Shown piece by piece: positions 9,301 to 17,712 of a stretch of 43,102 nucleotides of DNA (positions are counted from its first letter, which is position 1; every line of letters starts with the position of its first letter). Under the pieces are notes generated by a model. It did no database searches and had not been told where the DNA came from. It saw only the letters and a list, made by a program, of their open reading frames with translations. The DNA lies in NCBI GenBank assembly GCA_041640075.1, contig JBEQAY010000001.1:14845-57946 (forward strand). The letters run 5' to 3'. This DNA comes from Candidatus Nanohaloarchaea archaeon. GTDB lineage: Archaea > Nanohalarchaeota > Nanosalinia > Nanosalinales > Nanosalinaceae. The position numbers and the translations under genes were made by a program.

Positions 9301-12300
9301 CACTGTTAACCCTGTCCTCTGGCTGCGGTTCTTCATCTTCTTGGTCTTGGAAATCCACTGTTTCTAAACTGGTTTCCATGTTTGAATTTCCTGCTTCTGC
9401 CCTGATTCTGAAGTCCACGGTTCCTTCCTCATCTTCAATGTAGTAATCGGTGATCTGGCAGCTATTTCCGGAACAGGTGCTTGTCTCAACGTTCTGCCAG
9501 CTTCCGGATTTCCTCCTTTGAATCATTATCTCCTCAAGATTTTCACCTTCTGCATCCCCTATTATCTGAAGACTTTCATCCACAGGATAAGAATCTGGTA
9601 GACTGACTATGTTCACGGAGTCTACGCGGAACTCTTCTGTTCTGAAAAAGTTCACAACCTCGATGTTTGAGTATTCAGACTCCCCTCCTGCATAAGCTAC
9701 AAGCCTGAACTCCAGATTCTCGGTACTCTCAGGCTCGAAGCTTGTATCGAAGTTGCAGGTACTTGAACTGCTGCAACTCTTTGAAGTCTGTTGTGTCCAT
9801 GAACCAAATCTTCTCTTTGTCTGTAGAACTACCTCATTCAGATTTTCTCCTTCAGCCTTCCCTGAAACCTGCAAAGGGTCTGCGATATTCCCTCTATCAG
9901 GTATCTCATATAATACAACGTTCTGGACGCTGTAACTGATCCTAGACGTAAACTCTACGTTTTCAATGGTTGAAGAGCCAGAATCTCCTGTAGATTCAAC
10001 ATATGCACGGAAATACTTTTCACCTGTTGAAGCTGCGGAGTAGGTACGTTCTATGTCACAGCTATCCTGATTGCCGCAGTCTTCGGACCTCCAGCTATTC
10101 CAGTCATCTTCTTCATAGTTCTTCTCCTGTATATAGATTCTCTGTAGGTTTTCACCTGAGGCATCTGCTTCTATATCAAAGCTGTCTCCCTTCTGAACGC
10201 TTGCAGGAAGATTATTTATACTCACAGAATCAACCTGCCCTTCATTGTCAATAAATTCGACATTTTCAATGTTAGAGTACTCCACATCACCACCTGCTTC
10301 TGCACGTATCCTGAAACTTTTTTCCTCCTCTGTATCTGTAATGTAATCTCTGTTTATCTGGCAATTATCCTGATTATTGCATTCCTTTTCTCTATAGCTG
10401 TCCCAGCTGTCATCTTCATAATCTCTCTCCTGGATTGTAATAGTGTCAAGATTCTCTCCCTCAGCTTCTCCAACTATCTCAAGGGATCTGCCAGTGCTGT
10501 ATTCCTCCGGTAAATCGTTTATATCTACGTTTTCAACTCTATCTTCATCCTCTACGAACTCCACTGTTTCTTTAGCAGAATAGTCTGTATGTTCATTGGT
10601 TTCTGCTTTGATACGGAAGTCTTTCTCCACTTCTTCGTCCTCATTGAATTCCCTGCCTATTTCACAGCTGTTGGCACCATCACAGTCCGTTGAACGCCAT
10701 TCGTTCCAGTCATCCTCATCTGCATCTTTCTCCTGTATTGTCAATACTTCAAGATCTTCCCCCTCAGCCTCTCCAACTATCTCAAGATCTTCATCCGTGG
10801 GATGACTGTAGGGCAGATCTTGGATAGTTACCGCATCTATAGTATCTTCCTGAAAGTCAACTGTCTCTATACCTGAGATATCATAATCATCGCCGGCTTC
10901 AGCTCTCAGACGGAAGTCCACTTCCTCATCATGATTCTGACTGTAATCATAGCCGAAATCACATTTACTGCCGCTGCATGAATCTGTTTCAACTCGTTCC
11001 CAGTCCTCTCCAGGATCCCTCTTCTGAAGTATGATTCTCTCCAGGTTCTTCCCATCTGCATCCCCCATGATATCCAAATCCTCATTTGTTGGATGGGTAG
11101 ACGGGAGGTTATCTATATCTACATCGTCTACCCTGTAATCTACTCTATCGTAGAACTCCACAGACTCTATATTAGAGGATTCTGAGCTGTCTCCAGCATA
11201 GGCTACAAGCCTGAACTCCAGATTTCCTGTTCTCTCAGGATTAAATTCGTAATCGAAACCACATTCGTCATCATTCCCACAGTTTTCAGATTCTACATCA
11301 TCCCATGATTCGAACCTCTTTTTGGTCTGAAGTACTATCTCATCTAGATTATTTCCTGAGGCATCACCTGTCACCTGAAGATCCTCGTCCACATCACGAC
11401 GGTCTCCCAGCTCATCAAGATTAACACTGTCAACAGAATCTGATTCAGGTGTTTCATCTTCACTCCTGATAAAATCAACATATTCTGAATCAGAACTATC
11501 AGAGTCATCTCCTGCCTCTGCATACGCTCTAAATTCTTTTCCTCCAGTTCCCACAACATCATAATTTCTTACAAGCACACAGTCTCTTCCGCCATCACAG
11601 TCTGTAGAACGCCAGTCCGTCCAGACCGATTCGCCCGGTTCTTTCTCCTGTATATAGATTCTATCCAGGTTTTCACCTTCTGCTTCAATTTCTATATCAA
11701 AACTTTCTCCTTCTTCAACTTCCTCAGGTAGATCATATATCCTGACATCATCTACAGCTCCTTCATTCCCTGGTAAAGATGTCCTGCTCACAGAGGTTCT
11801 TGCAGTAACGCCGCCTTTGAATTTCACCAGTCCACGGAAGCTAGCTGTTCTTTCGTCCAGTTTTTCCGCATCTAGGTATGTTGAACCACTGTTTGAGCAT
11901 CTTCCTGATGTATAACTGTTTGAACAGTCTCTCGTATCAAAGCTGTGCCAATCACCGTCGTCTCCGAGATACTGCAGATGAGCAGTCCCTTCATCATCAA
12001 ATCTTTCAGCAGAATCCTCTGCTGTCACACTCATACTGACTCTACTTCCACTAGATGCGGTCTGAGGTGGTTTATTTGTCCATGAAACACCGTAATCTAG
12101 ATTATGGTAGTACGTGACTTCCTGATACCTGGTGTTCTCTCCACCATCACCTGACTGTATCCTAAACCGGTATTCGAAAGTCCTGGAATTACTTTCAGAG
12201 TGTTCAAAGCTCCAGTCGCATCCGCCATAGTTGCTACATGTTTTCGTCCTGCGGTCTGTAAACACTTGTTCACCTTGTTGACGGGACTGAAAGAGAACTT

Positions 12301-12454
12301 GGTCAATGTTCGAACCTTCAGAGGTCATCGAGAACTGTAGATCTTCACCTACCTGCCAAGCAGACGGAACTTCATCAAAAGAAGCCTCGGTGACCGACGC
12401 TGAGGCTATGGAAATGAAAAGAGCAAAAACAAGAGCAGCAAGTATCTTTTTCAT
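6395..12454 (-). CDS. Giant secreted surface protein (~2,019 aa): 15 tandem ~100-aa Cys-pair repeats, then PEGA/CarboxypepD-reg-like and Ig-like domains
   Basis: Start MKKILAALVFALFISIASA with SD GAGGTG; repeat consensus visible in the translation; C-terminal ~480 aa paralogous to 13033-14589. Confidence 0.9.
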   Translation of the reverse strand: MKKILAALVFALFISIASASVTEASFDEVPSAWQVGEDLQFSMTSEGSNIDQVLFQSRQQGEQVFTDRRTKTCSNYGGCDWSFEHSESNSRTFEYRFRIQSGDGGENTRYQEVTYYHNLDYGVSWTNKPPQTASSGSRVSMSVTAEDSAERFDDEGTAHLQYLGDDGDWHSFDTRDCSNSYTSGRCSNSGSTYLDAEKLDERTASFRGLVKFKGGVTARTSVSRTSLPGNEGAVDDVRIYDLPEEVEEGESFDIEIEAEGENLDRIYIQEKEPGESVWTDWRSTDCDGGRDCVLVRNYDVVGTGGKEFRAYAEAGDDSDSSDSEYVDFIRSEDETPESDSVDSVNLDELGDRRDVDEDLQVTGDASGNNLDEIVLQTKKRFESWDDVESENCGNDDECGFDYEFNPERTGNLEFRLVAYAGDSSESSNIESVEFYDRVDYRVDDVDIDNLPSTHPTNEDLDIMGDADGKNLERIILQKRDPGEDWERVETDSCSGSKCDFGYDYSQNHDEEVDFRLRAEAGDDYDISGIETVDFQEDTIDAVTIQDLPYSHPTDEDLEIVGEAEGEDLEVLTIQEKDADEDDWNEWRSTDCDGANSCEIGREFNEDEEVEKDFRIKAETNEHTDYSAKETVEFVEDEDRVENVDINDLPEEYSTGRSLEIVGEAEGENLDTITIQERDYEDDSWDSYREKECNNQDNCQINRDYITDTEEEKSFRIRAEAGGDVEYSNIENVEFIDNEGQVDSVSINNLPASVQKGDSFDIEADASGENLQRIYIQEKNYEEDDWNSWRSEDCGNQDSCDIERTYSAASTGEKYFRAYVESTGDSGSSTIENVEFTSRISYSVQNVVLYEIPDRGNIADPLQVSGKAEGENLNEVVLQTKRRFGSWTQQTSKSCSSSSTCNFDTSFEPESTENLEFRLVAYAGGESEYSNIEVVNFFRTEEFRVDSVNIVSLPDSYPVDESLQIIGDAEGENLEEIMIQRRKSGSWQNVETSTCSGNSCQITDYYIEDEEGTVDFRIRAEAGNSNMETSLETVDFQDQEDEEPQPEDRVNSVSIENLPADKPVGESLNIEGEASGNNLDEITVQERGDGGWQQIKLVECGDSSTCSISTTYTATETTEKDFRVKARAGDDTRYSDTETVGFYIRNRISSIAIDELGSENRLNTPLTVSGSMEGENLDKIEIQEKRRFSSWNYVDSNNCEGSICTITTQYTTDQTGNVEFRIKGTAGGRTKISGIEVVEFRQSDINDLIDSIEISSPEEARVDQEITVSAELEGNADDLAVERKSGGSWEEIYSRECPSQSCEVETVYSTDESGTETFRAKAYSDGQSITSATTETVFYPENGISDVSIVDLPDQYPVDDRLEIKGSAVGIDLENLIVQSRKHQTWEDEETVACSEIKCSIETSFISNEELEYDFRIKAVSQEGEAESSVETVEFIDEISSGESEVSSVVLDGLQDEYPVRREIEISASARGKNLDNLRLQEKRRFESWDTFEQVSCFGSRCEIEEDYEAERTGLTEFRAIAEAGDESKESNIEVVDFRASSRQDQRGDDAYLEVRVRDEESRNLENTRVRVENGDTEVKYTDDDGEVDFELEPDEYEVRASKDGYRTEERDVELEEDETELLNFRLERIGDFDFSLSYSDEVCIGEDLTVEVEITNFEDDEEFEVSGTGLGAETDEELIEIDEDETEEVEVVFRDVEELDDGEFTVRVENGGIQFREGSVEVQDCTDRAERDRNIPTGLSAQVNPTEVLTGETVRITGDVQNVNRPVDVTVSTQGFGKTVSTTSSGGYTVFYTPSSSGMKEFTVSAGGFSTKRQLEVLPRARISRLDAPAKAVEGEDFEICADVSSDTEPEVILFRDGERLDSRAGSGRVCFEVTAGLSGGKRFWVRAATSGETGSASKNVEVIEAGEEFDTFPGQVTVRNTEPGQARMTVYNQGNEVRNYEVAVSDIPDSWVSITDDNVVLAPGERKTVYFYFSPQEAGEFTPEITASADGEEFAREIRISSTDTRQERDEGLLSKLI
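7841..12395 (-). repeat. Array of 15 protein-level tandem repeats, ~303 bp each
   Basis: Consensus V-x2-V-x-I-x2-LP...G-x-A-x-G-x-NL-x2-I-x2-Q...W-x7-C-x4/5-C...FR-x2-A-x-AG...S-x2-E-x-V-x-F; repeats 1-2 are diverged. Confidence 0.85.
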
Positions 12455-12468
12455 ATTTTTACACACCT

Positions 12469-12954
12469 CTAGCAGGCACCCTCTACATTGTAGCCTCGCT
12501 CAACGACGTATTCAGCTTCTGCACCGAATTCTCCGGAGTAATCAGGGTCTACTTCCATCCTAAGCTCAGAATCGCTTTCCCTGAACCTCACTTCGCGGCC
12601 TACATAGTCGAAAAAATCATCCCCATCAAGGTTATCATAGGAGTCAACTTTCTGTACTAGTTCCTCTTTTTCACCTTCATCCAATCTACAATTTCCAGGT
12701 AAAGCTTCTTCCCAAGATCGGATCTCATAATCTGATTTATAGGGAGTCTCACTCGCACCATCAGAGCCCTTACCATGTTTATCTTCTCTACCATCTCGAG
12801 GTGTACCTCCATCTTCGTGATGCCAAAGCCCTCTGTAAATTTCAAATGCCTTCCAAAGTGTTGCTCCGCCAGCCCCAGTAATTGCAAGTCCTGCCAGTAT
12901 ATTGGCGCCTCTTCTACTTAACTGATATTCTTCTCCATCTTCCCCAGCCGACAT
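12469..12954 (-). CDS. Small exported or membrane-anchored hypothetical protein, first gene of an operon with the giant protein
   Basis: Start MSAGED; LSRRG followed by a hydrophobic stretch; two Cys; stop is 14 bp from the next start. Confidence 0.75.
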   Translation of the reverse strand: MSAGEDGEEYQLSRRGANILAGLAITGAGGATLWKAFEIYRGLWHHEDGGTPRDGREDKHGKGSDGASETPYKSDYEIRSWEEALPGNCRLDEGEKEELVQKVDSYDNLDGDDFFDYVGREVRFRESDSELRMEVDPDYSGEFGAEAEYVVERGYNVEGAC

Positions 12955-12959
12955 ATGTT

Positions 12960-12977
12960 TGTTACTAAATAATAACA
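12960..12977. promoter_or_regulatory. Operator candidate TGTTA-N8-TAACA (perfect)
   Basis: tgtta ctaaataa taaca, between a TTTAAG box (12978-12983) and the ATG at 12954. Confidence 0.7.
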
Positions 12978-13032
12978 CTTAAATCATTGATTATACTCCT
13001 GTATATTTTTCTCCATCTCAGATTTCAAGAAA

Positions 13033-14589
13033 TCAAAACATTAGACTGAGCATGATAAACGCAATATTATAGACATCGAGTGAAGAGTCCCTGTACTGTG
13101 GGCTTGAAGTTGAGAAAACCTGGAGATCATCAGAGTAAATCTCATCTCCCTGCGATTCCACACTTAGAGACGCCGTGAACTCTCCACTCTCACCCGGAGA
13201 AAGATAGAAGTAAACTGTTTCTCGCTCCCCTTTATTCACTGAGACGTTCTGTACTGGATCTGAAAGCCATTCTGAAGGGATATTCTGAAGTTTTACAGTA
13301 TAATTTCTCGTGTTTTCATTAGTGTTGTAGAGCTCGACCTTTACCAGGCTGTCCTCAGTCTCTACCGATGAAACCTGTCCAGGAAAGCTTTCAGCCTCAG
13401 GCCCCTGTTCCAGAACGTTTACTTCCTTGCTGGAAGATGCATCACTGCCGTAGGTCAATGCCCGGATCTCGTAATTGTATTCCCCTGATTCAGGAGCCTG
13501 AATTTCGAAGCAGACATTTCCTTTTTCCTGCCTGGACTCTATGACCTCGCCATTCTGAAGCAAGACAACTTCAGGTATGACAGAGGAATCTACCTGTCCG
13601 CATATCTCAAAGTTTTCGCCTGAAAACACCTCATTTTTTGCTTCCAGCTGACTTACCTTCGGGTCTGGTACGGCTTCAAAAGTTGCTGAGTCGGATACAC
13701 GTGGTGTTGATACCGTCACTGTTTTTGAACCGCTTGTTTCTGGCCTAATGAAGGTCTGGAAGTATCCGTCACGGCCTGCCTGTATAGTGCGCTTCTCTTC
13801 ACCGTTTATACTCATGTTCAGTTCTACAGCCCCTCTTGCACCATCAGCAAATCCTTTTATTCTTACTACTTCTCCTACCGAAGCCTTTTCACGTCCCTCT
13901 ATAGGGTATACATTCACATCTATATTTTCTACAGAAGCAGGGCTTCCCGGAACCACACAGTCGTCTATCTGGACAGTTCCCGTAGCCGAGTCAGAGTCAG
14001 TGTTGGATGCTGAGACACGGAAATCCTGTTCCCCTGTGCCTCTTACACCTGTGAATATGAATCGGTAAGTTCTTGTCTGGCCGGAGTTGATTACGAAGCT
14101 TTTTCCTGCAAGAACCTTTCCGAAACCGAATCCTGTTGTGGAGACGACCTGTCGTTCGTCGCCCGTATTTTCTATATCAAAGTCTACGGAGAAGCTTTCA
14201 CCCCTGCAGATCCTTTCAGGACTGTTCAGTCTTGTGATCCGGATATCGGAATCTGTGTCCTCGTCTTCATCTTCTTCAGCCATCGAGAAACTGTAGCTCG
14301 CATCAGCATCTTCCTGAACCAGTATCTGGCGTTGAATTGTTTCATAACCTTCTTTACTTATTTCAATGTCGTATTCTCCGTCTTCAAGATCTCTTTCAAA
14401 TACATCTATGTTATTTCTTTCTAAAGTTGTTCCTTCGCCTTCCACAGTTATGTCAAAATTTTCTATTTCCTCACCTGTTGTGGATACAGCTTCTATAGTT
14501 ACTGTTGCTGCAGCAGCTCCTGTTAAGGCTACCAGAAAAACTGTACAGAGCATATACTTTGTGATCTTGCCTTTTTTCATCAGGTTCAT
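13033..14589 (-). CDS. Secreted surface protein with PEGA-like and Ig-like domains and a hydrophobic C-terminal tail
   Basis: Signal peptide ending LTGAAAA; GEYDIEISKEGY PEGA-like motif; TTTAAG box ~26 nt upstream of ATG 14589 (start could be 14580 or 14610). Confidence 0.85.
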   Translation of the reverse strand: MNLMKKGKITKYMLCTVFLVALTGAAAATVTIEAVSTTGEEIENFDITVEGEGTTLERNNIDVFERDLEDGEYDIEISKEGYETIQRQILVQEDADASYSFSMAEEDEDEDTDSDIRITRLNSPERICRGESFSVDFDIENTGDERQVVSTTGFGFGKVLAGKSFVINSGQTRTYRFIFTGVRGTGEQDFRVSASNTDSDSATGTVQIDDCVVPGSPASVENIDVNVYPIEGREKASVGEVVRIKGFADGARGAVELNMSINGEEKRTIQAGRDGYFQTFIRPETSGSKTVTVSTPRVSDSATFEAVPDPKVSQLEAKNEVFSGENFEICGQVDSSVIPEVVLLQNGEVIESRQEKGNVCFEIQAPESGEYNYEIRALTYGSDASSSKEVNVLEQGPEAESFPGQVSSVETEDSLVKVELYNTNENTRNYTVKLQNIPSEWLSDPVQNVSVNKGERETVYFYLSPGESGEFTASLSVESQGDEIYSDDLQVFSTSSPQYRDSSLDVYNIAFIMLSLMF

Positions 14590-14619
14590 TGAAAGTTTCT
14601 GGTTCGTCACTTAAACGAA

Positions 14620-15669
14620 TTATTGATGGTTTTGGCCATTTAACTTGAATTCGACAGCTACCTTCCTTTTTGCAGGGGAGAAATCAGCTACAACCCGCTT
14701 CTCCAGAACTTCAACCTCTCTTCCCTGTTTCTCGGCTTCATTCTCAACTTTGGAAACTACCTCTCCGTACAGGTTTTCTTTATCCTGGATGCTGTAGACC
14801 ACTAAAACCCCTCCTTCAGCTGTACACCCTATAGCTTCAGTTACGAACTCCAGACTGTTTGTAGGCGAAGGCATCAAGACCCTGTCAAAACTGCCCAGGT
14901 CAGGACATACCTCCTTTACATCACCCTCCAGGATCTCAACAGTATCAGAAACATTGTTCAGTTCAACGTTCTCCTTTGCATATTTCACTGCTTCAGGGTT
15001 TTTCTCTACCCCTATCACACGTGAAGGCTTAGAATTCCTCGCTATAGTGACAGGAAAAGGTCCAGCACCACAGAACATCACCAGCACTTCCTCACCTCTC
15101 TCTACAGATTCGAAAATCCTTTTCCTCTCTGTACCTTCCCTCTCTGAGAAAAACATCTCTGTAGGATCTACTTTTATCTTTGTATCATGCTCTTTATGTA
15201 CTGTCTCTGTTTTATCGCCGTAAAGCAGTTCATAATCGCCAACCCGGAACTCCCCGCTTAATTTTTGCGTCTTCAAAAGTATAGAATCAATACCAGGGTT
15301 GTGTTCAAGTACTCCTTCAACCGCCTGCTCCGTTGACATCTCATCCAGCTCACTGATGACTACGATATCACCTATTCTCTCGTAAGACGGTACTCTGACC
15401 TCATCTTCGTTACTATCTTCTTTCAGGACCGAAACTTCCGCTGAAATTTCTTCTTTGGCGTCTCTAAGCCCTTCATCTACAAAAACTTTTTCTCCTTCCC
15501 TGTAATTCTCCTTTACATCTTCCATAGAGAATTTTTCCGATGAGAATACTGATATCTCAAGCTCTGTGCCTTTGTTTTCTGCCCTGTACCTGTTTCCATC
15601 TTTCTCCAGGTCGAATCCCTGCTGGCTGAATAGTTCCTCAACTTTCTTTTCAAGTTTTGACTGCTCCAT
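14620..15669 (-). CDS. trm5: Trm5/Met-10 family tRNA (guanine-37) SAM-dependent methyltransferase
   Basis: SYERIGDIV, SGEFRV, ETVHKE, FFSERExxERxRI, VLVMFCGAGPF, VEKNPEA and FDRVLMP motifs. Confidence 0.85.
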   Translation of the reverse strand: MEQSKLEKKVEELFSQQGFDLEKDGNRYRAENKGTELEISVFSSEKFSMEDVKENYREGEKVFVDEGLRDAKEEISAEVSVLKEDSNEDEVRVPSYERIGDIVVISELDEMSTEQAVEGVLEHNPGIDSILLKTQKLSGEFRVGDYELLYGDKTETVHKEHDTKIKVDPTEMFFSEREGTERKRIFESVERGEEVLVMFCGAGPFPVTIARNSKPSRVIGVEKNPEAVKYAKENVELNNVSDTVEILEGDVKEVCPDLGSFDRVLMPSPTNSLEFVTEAIGCTAEGGVLVVYSIQDKENLYGEVVSKVENEAEKQGREVEVLEKRVVADFSPAKRKVAVEFKLNGQNHQ

Positions 15670-15756
15670 ATACTCCAGGATTTTTCTCAAGGAGTTAAAT
15701 CAATGACCATTCCGACCCGTTTTTGATTTATATCGGTAGGGGAGGAAAATCTTACT

Positions 15757-16452
15757 ATGCTGAAGCTTGTAGGGCTGGGACTTGAAGACGGAGAAGTCAC
15801 ATCTAAAGGACTGGAAGCGATCAAATCATCGGAAAAAGTATTCGCAGAGTTCTACACAAATACAGAGACAGTAGATCTGAAATCTTTAGAGGAAAAAACC
15901 GGGAAAAGTATAGAGAAACTTTCTCGAGAAGAAGTTGAGAGAAAAGATAAAGTGCTCGAATCAGCTAGAGAACACGACACAGCTTTCCTTGTCTCAGGAG
16001 ACCCTATAACCGCTACAACACATTACGACATCAAGCATCGAGCTGAAAAAGAAGATATAGAAACAGAGGTAATCCACGCGCCCTCCATACTGACTTCTGT
16101 AGCAGAGACCGGGTTAAACGTCTACAAATTCGGCAGAGTAGTCACATTACCCGAAGACTCTAAACCACAATCCTTGATTGAACATATAAGAAAAAATGAT
16201 GAAATAGGACTTCACACGCTAATTTTACTGGATATAAACTACAAAGCGGACGAAGCTGCTGAAAAACTTGTAGACATGGAGGAAAGTCTTGGTGACCGTG
16301 AAGCAATTTTATTCGAAAGAGCAAACTCCAGCAACCAGACTGTAACACATGGGAAACTTGGAGAACTTGAATCAAAGGGAGCAACTCCTCACTCCATCAT
16401 CCTCATTGGAGAGACATCTCACAAAGAGGACGAGAACCTCGAAGCACACTAA
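15757..16452 (+). CDS. dph5: Diphthine synthase
   Basis: MLKLVGLGL, AEFYT, LVSGDPITATTH, IHAPSI, YKFGR and GLHTLILLDI motifs. Confidence 0.95.
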   Translation: MLKLVGLGLEDGEVTSKGLEAIKSSEKVFAEFYTNTETVDLKSLEEKTGKSIEKLSREEVERKDKVLESAREHDTAFLVSGDPITATTHYDIKHRAEKEDIETEVIHAPSILTSVAETGLNVYKFGRVVTLPEDSKPQSLIEHIRKNDEIGLHTLILLDINYKADEAAEKLVDMEESLGDREAILFERANSSNQTVTHGKLGELESKGATPHSIILIGETSHKEDENLEAH

Positions 16453-16464
16453 TTCACGGCAAAA

Positions 16465-16701
16465 TTATTCTTCATCAAATTTTCCCAGCCTTTCCAGCGT
16501 CTCAAGTATTCCCCATGCATAGATAACTGATTCCCAGGCTCTGATATAGTCCTCTTCGTCCAGAAAATGCTTTGTATCCTCTTTATAGGCCAGAACGTTC
16601 TCCATCTGTTCAACATCTTCATCTACGTCTTCTAGCCTATCTACAAGATTCTGCAACCACTTATTGGTCTCCTGTTCCAGCTTCTCTTGAGTTGAATCCA
16701 T
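16465..16701 (-). CDS. DUF357 family protein
   Basis: AYKEDTKHFL...A...YAWGILE motif; DUF357 is commonly adjacent to dph5 in archaea. Confidence 0.8.
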   Translation of the reverse strand: MDSTQEKLEQETNKWLQNLVDRLEDVDEDVEQMENVLAYKEDTKHFLDEEDYIRAWESVIYAWGILETLERLGKFDEE

Positions 16702-16755
16702 TCAAACACCTGATAAGAATTTGAGATAAATTAAAAGAAAAATTGGAAAAGGGAA

Positions 16756-17712
16756 TTACCTTCCCTGTACTTGTACGTTGGTCCTTGTCTCCTTGATGTA
16801 TCCGTAATCAGCGTCTACTCTGATCGGAACTGTTCTCTGCAAGGTGTCGGACACACCATCGATTTCCATGTTAAAGCATCCTACACCTCTGCCGTCAAGG
16901 ATGGAGACGTTCTGGTAGTTCTGCTCGTTTGCATCTGAAACTTCAAACGTTACATCTCCTACATCTTGGATCTGTATCTGTAGCTCTCCCTCTGTATCCT
17001 GAATTCCTGACATGTCAAAGTCTGTAGAGTCTGGAACTTGACCTGGGTGGAAAGGCTGACCTTCTCCCTGATTTCTGGCGATAACACAGAACTGCTTCTG
17101 AACTGAAGATGAACCTGTGTCGTAAATCGGGATTGGAGTTGGTGTCCTGACCTCCATCTGTACAGGAGCGTCTGAGTTTTCAAGTCCAGTTGATCCTTGA
17201 GGACTTCCTTGATCTCTGTACTGATCTTCTCCCATTATCTGCACCTCAGCTGTTCCTGTCGTAGAGTAATTGAAAACTATGTTTGAGTTGAACGTGTAGT
17301 CAACATTCCTATCTGGACCTAGGCTTGGTGATTCAAAATCAATCTGCCGCGTCTGCGGTACTGCGGGGGTCTGTTCTCCTGCTGCTCGTAGAGTCCCATA
17401 TTCAAGTGTTCTGTATTCGGTACTCATACTTCCACTCGTCGGCTTCCAGACCTGATCTCCAGAGTCACCGAATGGAGGATTATATAGTCTTGCATAGACA
17501 TTCCCGGCATCTGTCTCACCATCATTCACCAGTTCCATCCTGAACTGGGTGTTCTGTCCGGCGGGCACAGGATTGGGAAAAGGAGAGAACTCGCTCACTG
17601 TTATTGAGCTTGAACCCTGATCTTCCTCTTGATTTCCTCCTCCGGTGCACCCGGATACTATAATGGTTAGAAGCATTAGAGCCAGTACTATCTTATTCTT
17701 CGCGTCTTTCAT
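16756..17712 (-). CDS. Putative lipoprotein, paralog family member 3
   Basis: Lipobox-like IIVSGC after a hydrophobic core; beta-rich. Confidence 0.85.
   Translation of the reverse strand: MKDAKNKIVLALMLLTIIVSGCTGGGNQEEDQGSSSITVSEFSPFPNPVPAGQNTQFRMELVNDGETDAGNVYARLYNPPFGDSGDQVWKPTSGSMSTEYRTLEYGTLRAAGEQTPAVPQTRQIDFESPSLGPDRNVDYTFNSNIVFNYSTTGTAEVQIMGEDQYRDQGSPQGSTGLENSDAPVQMEVRTPTPIPIYDTGSSSVQKQFCVIARNQGEGQPFHPGQVPDSTDFDMSGIQDTEGELQIQIQDVGDVTFEVSDANEQNYQNVSILDGRGVGCFNMEIDGVSDTLQRTVPIRVDADYGYIKETRTNVQVQGR

Noticed and set aside
7841..12395. Possible CRISPR array or DNA tandem repeat
   Set aside because: The repeats are degenerate and protein-level within one open frame; no constant repeat-spacer pattern and no cas genes seen
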